Under the pieces are notes generated by a model, which saw only the letters and a program-made list of their open reading frames with translations, was not told the DNA's origin and did not search any database. Below, one piece after another: positions 53,744 through 64,000 of a stretch of DNA of 64,000 nt (position 1 is the stretch's first letter; each line of letters begins with the position of its first letter). Origin of the DNA: the human T2T-CHM13v2.0 reference genome, Homo sapiens; NCBI RefSeq assembly GCF_009914755.1, contig NC_060929.1. One strand, given 5' to 3'. The translations under genes were made by a program, and so were the position numbers.

Positions 53744-54739
53744 GGAATAGTGGAAGTTATTACAACTCTAGGTGGCCACTTGAAAGGCTAAAATCAAAAC
53801 AAAATTAAAATATCTTTTTTTCTGGAAACAATCTTCTCATAGGGCTTGGACAGCCAGGCTGGGTAACATATTCTAGGGATGTAATCGTCTCCAGATTGGG
53901 AGGCTTAGGATTTTTAAGATCCTTCAGCAGAGTGTTCTATCTGAACACAAGGTGTTCTAGAAATGCCTTGTATACAGAAACCCCCTTCTTTACCTGTCAT
54001 AGTGAAGAACTATACTCCCTTTCCCCACCAGTGATTCCTATGATGATGACAAGAAGCAAAGGGAGACTGAGATTCCTAAGCTCATGATGGGAGTTTCCAT
54101 TCCTTGTTCCAAATTTGCACTACATTCCCAGAATAGCTGTGAAATTAGAATTTGACCATAAACCTGGTGAGCAATGAGTTAAGGTCACCTAGAGCTAAAC
54201 TGTGCCTCTGCTTGCTGTTCAGTGTTTCTTCTCTGTGTCTCTTTCCCCTCCCAGCAAGGCCAGAAACAGACAGATCTCTAAGGCAGCCTCCTGCTTCCTT
54301 CTGTTTCAATTTGCACTTGCTTAATTTTCAGTGGTTTGAGCATCTTTCTGTAAGTTGATAAGGCTGTTGAATTTTCTCTTTTGTAAGTGCTCTTTATATA
54401 TGAAGGAATGTTTCTCTTAATGTGGCCTATTTTCTCCATGTTTCCAAGTTTCAGCTTTGCTTATGAATTTTTCCCTGCCAAAATTTTAAATCCTTACGTA
54501 ATCAAATAACAAGTCTTTTGCTTTTTATCTTTTACATTTCTTAAATGTTTTCCTCAGAAATTTCACTGATTCCTGGTGGCATTTTCTGTCCCTGTCTCTT
54601 ACACCAGGAGTTGTATATGTCTGACTTATTTACAAGTCTTGAGAAACTTCACAGGCTCTTTAAGTGATAGGTTTTATTTTCTCAGGAGTGGCTTTGCAAT
54701 ATTCTGGATTAGACACATTTAATAACATCAAATAACACT

Positions 54740-54910
54740 TCCATTATAGTGTTGATCATATTCTATATTTTTGTCCGGGTAGATATCTGTGTCTCCCACC
54801 AAACTGACCTTCAATGAAGCCACAGATTGTGTCTCATTCACTGCTATAGCCCTGAAGCCTAGCAAAGTGACGGGCAAACAATGAGTGTTCAATAAATGTT
54901 CTCTTGAATG
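54740..54910 (+). mobile_element. L2 3' end
   Basis: GTGTCTCATTCACTGCTATAGCCC...CCTAGCAAAGTG...GTGTTCAATAAATGTT...TGAATG. Confidence 0.7.
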
Positions 54911-56810
54911 CCATCCCTAGGGCCTCCCCTTCCCTGGTTGGCCCTTACCCTTTAAGTGCCATATCCTGAATGGTAAGTTCTATCAGGTTGTTCAGAGCTC
55001 AGCATCTGATAACATCATTGGCCCACTGGTAACAGGGTATTATGATGGTCAAGTGTGACCTCGCTCCAAAAACATTTTTTATCATTAAAAAAGTACGAGG
55101 GACTGAATCCTTTGGAGCCACTCAAATTCTATCTCTATGCCTATTCTGTCTACATATAATGGTGAACCAGATTAAAGGACTTTTTCACCCCAAATCTTTG
55201 CTATTTCTTAAGTTAATCTTTGTTTTTTCTTCCCTCTCAGAGTCCTGCAATCAATAAAAGCCAATCAGTGGCTTCCATTTTGCTGTTACTGTTCATGAAA
55301 AGGCAACGCTTGACCTCTTTTGAGAAATGATGCTATAAAAAAGATTTTAGACCTCTTTTCATGTGGCCAATAAATAGAATAATAATGGAATCTATTTCTT
55401 AGAGTATGCATGTGGCAACCCCTACTCTTAGCTACTTTTTTCCACTCTACTTGCCACTGCTGAAAAAAGGGAAGACACATGCTTATTGAACTACTCTAAA
55501 GTTAGGAAGCCAAATGTCATGATTTTGTTCGAGGAAAAACCCTGCTTTGTGTTTTTCAGTTCCACCTTAGCAAAGTTAGGGCTGCTACTCAATACTGAGC
55601 AAGCACGTGAAGGGAGAGAATGGGAAGAATGAAGTGGGATGCGTCTGTCGAATCCTGCACAAGTCTGCGTTTGGATTTGCTATGAAAGTGACTCATTTCA
55701 TAAACAATACAGCCGCTGTAGGAGGCAGGCCTGTCAGATTTGATGGATGGCTGTGTGTCTCTGGATCTTCTGCAGTTGTTGGGCGGATAGGCTTCAGGGC
55801 CAAGCAACCATATCAAATCTATCTTGAGTCAATAAGAAATATGAGAACTCTTCGCACCAATGGTAAAAATAAGGCAATGTTCTGTGAATTCTGGGACTCT
55901 GGACCTACTCGACACGCTGACCTCCACCTGCCTTTTGACCGCAGCTTCACATCTGACCAGTCTGAGTGCCTGTGCTTTGCAAGGGGAATTCTGGAGAGTC
56001 GTTCTCCCTTTCAGAGCGCAAGGTCAATCTCAGGTGGTCCCCCCACAGCAGAGGCTGGATGGGAGAATGGATACATGATAGTTGCTTTGAAGAAAGAATG
56101 GATTTCTGGCAAATGTGTGTTTAAGAGGACAAATCCATGAGTTGGATAATGACCATTTTGCTTATTTAGCCCCTTGACCCATTTCTAGCAAAATCACTGC
56201 CAATAAAACAGCTCCTGGAGATCTCAAACAAAGGGAGCCAAGAATAATCATCATGGGCTGCTTGCAGATAAGAGGGCATGACCAGTGGTGAGCTGAGCTC
56301 TACCTCCACTCAGACCTAAGGGACACTAGGCCTGTTCTTACCTCCCAACTCCTAGAAAGCCTGAATCCTGGCTAGGAAAAGCACAAATTTTGACAGAGGA
56401 AATGTGATTGGAAGAACTCTGGAAAAGTCTTCTCAGTTAATTACATCTAAATATCTCTCCCACCCCTCATGGTCTCTGAAAGCTCCATCACAAGACATTT
56501 CTTTGTGTTAACACATGAAGGTACCTGGGTAAATGCAGTCATAAAGGGGTAAACATTAACCTTGATCCCCCATGCATACTTTAGTTCTAAATAGTTTATC
56601 ACACTGCCCAGGTATTTTTAAGTACCTCCAGGCTAGGAAAACAGAAGAAGTAAGGTTGACACCAAGTTTGGAATAGAAATCTCAGAAAAGAGTGCACAGA
56701 CCAATAGGGTAACTTCTAGCCAGACAAATATCAATGGGTGATCCTAAGTAGAGAAAAAAATGACATAAAGGAATGACTTAATGTGGCAATGGAAATAAAA
56801 GGAGACTTGA

Positions 56811-57083
<273 letters not shown>

Positions 57084-57930
57084 AAGATGAGTGGAATTAA
57101 CATTCCCCAAGGCAGCCATGAACAGAAAGCTTTCCCAGATGAATCGCCCATCAGTGGCAGGTAACTTTTCACTTCTACAATGTAGGAATTCCTTTATTCA
57201 TATACCCATTTAACAAGCAGGTTCACAGTGCCTAGTATAAGCCCTGAGAGAAGTGTGTGAGACAGAGCACAGGGTGGTTCTTGACTCCGTAGAGGCTCCT
57301 TCACGCTCCAGCTTTTCCCTAATGCCTGCCACTCAGGTCCTCTTCCTCACGTGGTCCTCCTCCTGCCCAGGTCACATAGCACCTCTGAGCACATCCCTTT
57401 CTACTACAGTGTGAGGAAATTTCTTGAGCAACAAGCTCTTTGCTGTTGAGGGAAACTGCAAGTTCCATTTCACATGGCCCCTGAAGCAGTCTAGGGCTGA
57501 AGGATCACACTGTCCTGAGGGCCCCCACCTCCAGTGTCTAACCACCCAGGCTAAATCTCAGGCCTCTCTTCCAGGCTTTAGCTCTGAAATTCACAAATTC
57601 TTCTTCCTTCTTTTCCCAGGCTTGAGCCCAACTCTCTCTTGCAGCCTCTTTTTCCTAGAGAATTAGGCATCTCTATTTCCTGTCCTGATTCCAGGTCCTT
57701 TCCGCTGTTGGCCACTGTCAAAACTCTTCCATCAGCAATCACCTGCTCTGCTGATTTAGCTTGGGCCTCCCGAGGGGACGTTGCCAAATAAACTTCTCCC
57801 GGCTGAACTGCCCTGAGGAAGGTACCTACCTCCAAAGTGCTGTCTCTCCTCTCTGTTCTCCCATCCTCCTTTCTATTGCATATTTACTTCTTTGACAAAC
57901 CTAACTCTTAAGGATGTGGCTGGTTTAGAC

Positions 57931-58081
57931 CCTCATGACTCAGTGTCTGGCCTAGCAGGACTGGCCTCGCCCAGAAGCTTTTTAGAAATGTAGAACTCTA
58001 GGGCCGCACTGGAGACCTGTTGAATCAGAATGTGCATTTTAGCAGGTGATTAGTATGCATACAAATGTTTTGATAGTCCAG
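57931..58081. mobile_element. MER5A-like MITE
   Basis: TTAGAAATGTAGAA...TGAATCAGAATGTGCATTTTAGCAGGTGATT. 8-bp hAT TSD GTTTAGAC (57923-57930) / CTTTAGAC (58082-58089). Confidence 0.75.
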
Positions 58082-58484
58082 CTTTAGACCTCTTTTCCCA
58101 GACACCCCACTCAGGGATGTTCATCCTCTGTTCCTTCAAGCTGAAACCTCCCTCCATCCCTGAGAGTTCCAGGCCTATCTGACCAGCCTGGCAGTGTTGT
58201 CAGCCTTCAGGTACCAGATGGCTTTTCTCAGTAATTTGCTTTGACTCACCCCTCCACCTGTGGGAGGCACCCTTTATCTTGTCCTCCAAGGTGCTATGGG
58301 GGCTGGCAGTTCCCCTCAGTCTGGGCTTCCCCTCCTCAAACAAGGAATTGTACCAAGTATTCTTTTAAAGAGACTTTGCTTTAAAAAACCCAGTATGGAA
58401 TATTCTTTACAAAATCCCATTTACAACGTCAATATGCCAGGGAGAAGGGTCATCTCAAGGGCTTACTCTACATTTGTAGAAACT

Positions 58485-58860
58485 TTTTAAAGAAAATTGT
58501 AGATTCACATGCAATTATAAGAAATAGTACAGAGAGATCCTCTACGCCCTTCACTCAGTTTCCCCCGATGGCAACATCCTGTATAACTGGAGTTTAATAT
58601 CACAACTAGGCTATTGACATTGATACAATACTTCAACCGTATTCAGATTTCACCAGTTTTACCTGCACTCATTTATATATTTTTTTGATGCACTTTTTAT
58701 CATGTGGGTGGACCCATGTGACCACCACCACCATTACAATATAGAAGAGTTTCATCATAAGGTTCCCTGATGACACTCATTTATAGCCACAACCACTTCT
58801 CTCCCCACCCCAGGCAACCACTCACCTGTTCTCCATCTCTATAATTTGTTATTTCAGTAA
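58485..58860 (-). mobile_element. L1MC/MD 3'UTR, part 1
   Basis: TAGATTCACATGCAATTATAAGAAATAGTACAGAGAGATCC...CCCCAGGCAACCACTCACCTGTTCTCCATCTCTATAATTT. Confidence 0.8.
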
Positions 58861-58898
58861 ATACAAACACACACACACAAACACACACACACACACAC
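58861..58898. repeat. (CA)n microsatellite
   Basis: Read directly from the sequence. Confidence 0.9.
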
Positions 58899-58902
58899 GT
58901 AA

Positions 58903-59344
58903 CCCTTGACCCTTGAACACCATGGGGGTTAGGAATATTGACCCCCTACACAGTAAAAAAAAATTCTACCTGTAACTTTTGACTCCCCAAAACTTTAAGC
59001 ACTAATGGCCTACTGTTGACCAGAACCTTACCCATAACATAACATAAACAGTCAATTAAAACACATATTTTGTATGTTATCTGTATTATATACTGTATTC
59101 TTACAACAAAGTAAGCTAGAGAAGAGAAAGTGTTATTAAGAAAATCATAAGGAAGAGAAAATATATTTACTATTAATTAGGTGGAAGTGGATCAGAATAA
59201 AGGTCTTTATCCTCGTCCTCTTCACATTGAATAGGCTGAGGAGGAGGGGTTGATCTTTCTGTCTCAGGGGTAGTGGAGACAGAAGTAAATCTGTGTATAA
59301 GTGAAACCACACAGTTCAAACCAGTGTTATTCAAGGGTCAACTG
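58903..59344. mobile_element. Tigger2a/MER28-like non-autonomous TcMar element
   Basis: TIRs TTGACCCTTGAACAC / GTGTTATTCAAGGGTCAACTG. Body TTTTGACTCCCCAAAACT...GTAAGCTAGAGAAGAGAAAGTGTTATTAAGAAAATCATAAGG. Confidence 0.85.
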
Positions 59345-59383
59345 TGTGTGTGTACACACACACATACACAAAATATATATACA

Positions 59384-60645
59384 CAGGTATTGTGGGTTTC
59401 GTTCCAGACCACTGCAATAAAACAAATTTATCACAATAAATAAAGTGAATCACACAAATATTTTGATTTCCCAATGCAATAAAAGTTATGTTTATACTAT
59501 ACTATCATCTATTAAGTGTCCAATCATGTCTAAAAAACAATGTAATATCATGATTTTAAAATACTTTATTGCTAAAATATGCTAACAATCATCTTAGCCT
59601 TCAGCAAGTTGTAATTGTTTTGCTGGTGAAGGGTCTTGCTTCAGTGTTAATGGCTGCTGACTGATCAGGGTCGTGGTTGCTAAAGATCAAGGTGGCTGTG
59701 GTAATTTCTTAAAATAAGACAATGAAGTAGTTTGCCACATTGATGGACTCTTCATTTCACAAAGATTTTTCTGTAGCATGTGGTGCTGTTTGATAACATT
59801 TTTTCCACAGTAGACCTTCTTTCATAACTGGAGTCAATCCTTTCAAACCCTGCCACTGTTTTATCAACTAAGTTTATGGAATATTCAAAATTCTTTGTTG
59901 TCATTTCAACAACATTTATATCACCTTCACCAGGAGTAGATTCCATCTCAAGAAACAACTTTCTTTGCTGACCCATAAGAAGCAACTCCTCTTCCATTAA
60001 ATTTGATCATGAGATTGTAGTAATTGTCACATCTTCGGGCTCCACTTCTAATTCTGTTTTTTTAAATATTTCCACCAAATCTGCGGTTGCTTCTTCCACT
60101 GAAGTCTTGAACCCCTCCAAGTCAACCATGAGGGTGGGAATCAATTTCTTTCAAACTCCTGTTAATGTTGATATTTTGACCTCCTCCCATAAATCATGAA
60201 TGTTCTTAATGGAATCTAGAATGGTGAATCCTTTCCAAAAGGTTGTCAGTTTACTTTTCCAAGCTCCATCAGAGGAATCACTATCTAGGGCCGCTATAGC
60301 CTTACAAAATACATTTCTTAAATAATAAGACTTGAAAGTCGAAATTACTCCTTGATCCATGGGCTGCAGAATGGATGTTGTGTTAGCGGGCATGAAAGCA
60401 ATATTAATCTCCTGTACATCTCCATCAGAGCTCTTGGGTGATCAGGTGTATTGTCAATGAGCAGTAATATTTTGAATCTTTTTTCTGAGCATTAGGTCTC
60501 AATGGCAGACTTAAAATATTCAGTAAGCCGTGCTGTAAACAGATGTGCTATCATCCAGGCTCTGCTGTTCCATTTACAGGGCCCAGGCTGAGTAGATTTA
60601 GCATAATTCTTAAGGGTTCTAAGACTTTCAGAATTATAAATGAAC
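59384..60645 (-). mobile_element. Tigger1 DNA transposon, 3' half, with decayed transposase
   Basis: ORF 60151-60393 ([23 protein letters not shown]) is the pogo/Tigger DDE motif. ORF 59752-59997 is the C-terminal part. The terminus reads CAGGTATTGTGGGTTTCGTTCCAGACCACTGCAATAAA. Confidence 0.92.
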
Positions 60646-60768
60646 ATTATATATGTTCATTTGTATATAATATACTGTATATAATATATACATAGTATAT
60701 TATATACAATGTATATAACATAAATATATACTATATGTGTATATACATATGTGTGTATATTATATATA
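60646..60768. repeat. (TA)n-rich tract
   Basis: Read directly from the sequence. Confidence 0.85.
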
Positions 60769-61165
60769 ATCATAAGGTATGTAATCTTTTCATATTAGAT
60801 TTTTTTATGCAGCATAATTCTCTAGAGAGTCATCTAGCTGTTGCGTGTATCAGTAGTTCATTCTTTTATATTTCTAAGTAGTATTCCATTGTATGAATAT
60901 ACCACCGTTTGTTTAACTGATCACCTATTGAAGGACATTTGGGTTGTTTCTAGTTTTTGGCCATTACAAATAAAGCTGCTATGAATACTCCTACAAAGGT
61001 TTTTGTGTGAACATAAGTTTTCATAATTCTGGGGTAAATGCCCAAAAGTACAATTTGCTGAGTCATATGGTAGTTGCTTGTTTAGTTTTGTAAGAAATTG
61101 CCATAATCATTTCCAGAGTGGCCATACCATTTTACATTTCTGTCCACAATGTATGAGTGATCCTT
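60769..61165 (-). mobile_element. L1MC/MD, part 2 (continuation of 58485-58860)
   Basis: GTAGTATTCCATTGTATGAATATACCAC...GAAGGACATTTGGGTTGTTTC...AATAAAGCTGCTATGAA...CCATACCATTTTACATT. Confidence 0.85.
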
Positions 61166-61784
61166 TGCTCTACATTTTAAATGTTTTTTATCAGGCTAAA
61201 TGTCAAAATCCAATTACCATCCATAGTTTCCTTTAAGCACCCAAAGAAACAATAACAGAAAAGGAAACATTTGCCCTCTCTGAGTTGCATGATTTATGCC
61301 TCTGCCCCCTAAAAGGCTCTGTCTGCCCACGCTCACTTTGATTTTGCAGTCTGCCTTCATGTTTTTTCCTCCTTTGGGTGCCTTCCAAATTGCTTATCAA
61401 CATTGGCTGCAATTTCTTTGTGTCTTGTTCCGATCATAATCTGCTAATCCTCCCCAGATGCCACGCCAAGTCCCAGCGGTGCAGTCGGGCCTGCAACCAC
61501 TGCTCATGACTCAGCACCTTGGACAGAAGAGCTGAGGCTCTGGCCCCAGGCGCCCAGGCCAGCACTAGCCACTCACTCTTTCCGAGCCCAAGGTACATCT
61601 CTGCCTCCATTCCTATTTGGTCAGGAGCAAAGCAGAATTGTGGGAAGGGTGAAGAGTCCAGGCAGAAATTGAACAAGACTGGGGCAGGAACATATTGACA
61701 GGGATGTCCAAGCAGGAAATGGGCAGAACTTCAGCACAGGGGACTTTGCCATTTGAGCCAGGTCTTTCCTCAGTTCTGAACATC

Positions 61785-62000
61785 ATAATCATAACAATGC
61801 TAGTTATCATTTATTGGGTATTTCATGTGGGTCAGGAACTTTTAAAATACACTTTCCATGTACTCTTTTACTAAACCCTCATTGACACTCTATAAGAACA
61901 CATCTTTTCTCTCCTCCATTTTACAAGTGAGGAATCTCAGGCCTGAGATCACACAAGAATTTAAATCCAGACAACTTCAGAGCCCACGGATTTAACCCCA
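61785..62000 (-). mobile_element. MIR SINE
   Basis: CATTTATTGGGTATT...CTCCATTTTACAAGTGAGGAATCTCAGGC...ATTTAAATCCAG...CAGAGCCCA. Confidence 0.65.
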
Positions 62001-63341
62001 TTGTTCTATTCTCTCCCAAATGCGTGAATCTCTAAAGCACAATGTTCTACAAACCTTAAGAAAGAGTCCACAGGTCCTGGGTTCTCTTCCTACTAATTCA
62101 TACCCAAATATTTGCATGCCAGGAAGGAGGGCCCATGTGGAGGTGGAGAAGTATGTCACAAGCAACAGCTTGTGCAGCCTGTCAATAAACCTTTGGTTCT
62201 TGTCTTAGGAATCGAGTGACAGTGTCCAGTTCATATAAACAAATGTATTCTAGCAATTCACAAATTCTAGGATAAAAGAAGACAACTAAAAAGTTGCTGC
62301 CCATCTAAAAATGTTTGAAGGGATGTGGTATGCAGCAAGCTTCAGGCGAGAAATGCAGGCAAGCGTGTCTCTCGTCCACCTGCTCATGACCCTGCGACAT
62401 ACCACAAACTAGCAAGGACACAGTGCAGCTTCATGGAATACCAGGGCTCCAAATGCATATTTGTTACATACCATTCACTCTGGCAACATGCATTCCACAT
62501 GCCCCAGAATTCTGCAACTTGTGCTGTTTTGCCTTCTGATGAGACAGCTTGCTGACAATAAACACTTCTTGATAGAGGACCTTCACTCCCAAGCTGAATG
62601 TTATTTGACCTGTGTGTTAAATTCTTTTCCCCCCTTACTATTAAGCCACACATCTGTATTCTCCACACACCCCATCTTGAGTAGCCTGCTAAATATTCTG
62701 TCTTGTCCCAAAGAGGATTGCCTTCTAGATGATTTCTTGTCTCCTTAACACAGTCTTGTCATGGGACCTCCTGACGCTTAAGGCTGCCAAGAACAACTTG
62801 CAGTTCTTGCAGTCAACACACTCCATGCTCGTCCTGGCCTTCTCTGACACTCAGGGAGCCCCACCTTTCCTGGGCACATTCCATCCCTACTCATCCCACC
62901 CACTCCTTTTTTATTCCTTCATTGGGTGGTGCCACTGAAGCTTGCAAACTGCTCTTTTCCCTTAGGCAAGGGATTTGGGCTTGACAATGTCATCTGTTCT
63001 ATGTGGTCTAGGGCCGAAAGTTAGGATTTAAGAATCCAAAAGTTGTGGCTTCCAATCTTGACATTCCCAGGTACCAGCAGTGTTCAAAATCCCCAAGTTA
63101 CCAACAACCCATGTGTAACATAAAATCCCTGGCTCTACCTTCATTACAGGGAACACCCCTCAATATCAACTTTACCTCAGTGCCTTATTTCATTGCCTCG
63201 AAACAACAGATGTCTCCTTTTTATTTAATGCCCCCTACCTTTGCTTATTTCCTTCTTTCATTCTGCCTTTTATAGCTGCTGTTTTGTATGTTTCATGTAT
63301 CTTCAGAAATTGGTTGCAATTCTTTCTGATTACAAATTGTG

Positions 63342-63520
63342 GAAAGAATAAAGGGAGAAAGTGAAGAACAAAGGAAAAATGGAAGGAAGGAGGGAAGGAA
63401 GGAACAAAGGAGGAAAAGTAAAGAAAAGAAAGAGAGGAGAGGAAAGGAAAGGAGAGGAGGGAGGAAAGGAGGGCAAAAGGAAGAAAGGAAGAAGGGAGGG
63501 AGGGAGGGAAGAAAGACAAA
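63342..63520. repeat. (GGAA)n/GA-rich polypurine tract
   Basis: Read directly from the sequence. Confidence 0.9.
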
Positions 63521-64000
63521 AATGCAAACAAAATTAAGAAATTTCAGACAGAACTCTGTCCATAGCAGATAAGTTCAGAATACCTTAGCAAATTTAGCTT
63601 TTCTTTTAAGCAAAGCAAGCAGCAACCAGAGGGAGGAAGCACCTAATATTCATAGATAAAGAATTTAATAGCTCAAATTTCTTGCATTCTATGCATAACT
63701 TCATAGGTGAGTTAAACTTTCTGATTCTTTCTTTCTCAATCTGTAAAATGAAGTGGGAATTAAGGAACTGGACCACAATAACTAAAACAGGACATTCTCT
63801 TATAAAATATTGATGTTACAAATAAAAAGCAGCATTACTGAGATACATTAAGAACTCTCTTCCAAGCAGTATGCTAATTATAGAAATGAAAGAATCATTT
63901 GTCACTACTATTTATCTAGGCAGATTCACAAATTCTTATCGCAGTTTAAAATGTATCCTTTTTATTTCTGATCAAAAAACACTTGATAATTATGGGAGTG

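Noticed and set aside
55607-56140. Longest non-repeat ORF (177 codons from GTG, 152 aa from ATG 55682), with AATAAA at 56202-56207
   Set aside because: It has no recognisable domain, and a stop-free run of this length is about what chance gives over six frames of 64 kb. Ribo-seq or PhyloCSF support would be needed to revive it.
59752-60393. Possible domesticated Tigger transposase (TIGD-like) gene
   Set aside because: Only two ~80-aa pieces remain, separated by disruptions, and the N-terminal DNA-binding half is missing. This is an ordinary decayed Tigger1.
63235-63572. F/S/L/P-rich and K/E/R/G-rich ORFs (also 39403-39687, 27097-27384, 49234-49530)
   Set aside because: They are translations of GA/CT low-complexity tracts.

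Overview
This is primate (most likely human) non-coding genomic DNA. It is CpG-depleted and AT-rich, and a large share is interspersed repeat: Alu, MIR, L1, L2, MaLR/ERV LTRs, hAT-Charlie MER5/MER3 and TcMar-Tigger elements. I found no host protein-coding exon, tRNA, rRNA, CRISPR array or CpG island, and no evidence of a new multi-gene system. Nearly all ORF-track entries come from repeats or are chance ORFs. The most notable items are: (1) a full-length THE1B provirus (3162-5472, perfect CTGAG TSD, splitting a MIR) whose ~1.35-kb internal ORF is broken by only one in-frame stop plus a probable late 1-bp frameshift; (2) an apparent L1 3' transduction (31945-32117); (3) a ~125-bp unique insert resembling an mRNA 3' end, inside the (TA)n tail of an AluJ (53109-53235); (4) an L1 ORF2 fragment with flanking direct repeats but no 3'UTR or polyA, inside a MIR; (5) an exact 20-bp sequence shared between unique DNA and the inside of an MLT1 LTR 3.9 kb away; (6) two Tigger elements nested in an L1; and (7) several motif clusters that may be enhancers. 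Subfamily names come from my recall of consensus sequences, not from a RepeatMasker run. Boundaries of old repeats are approximate.
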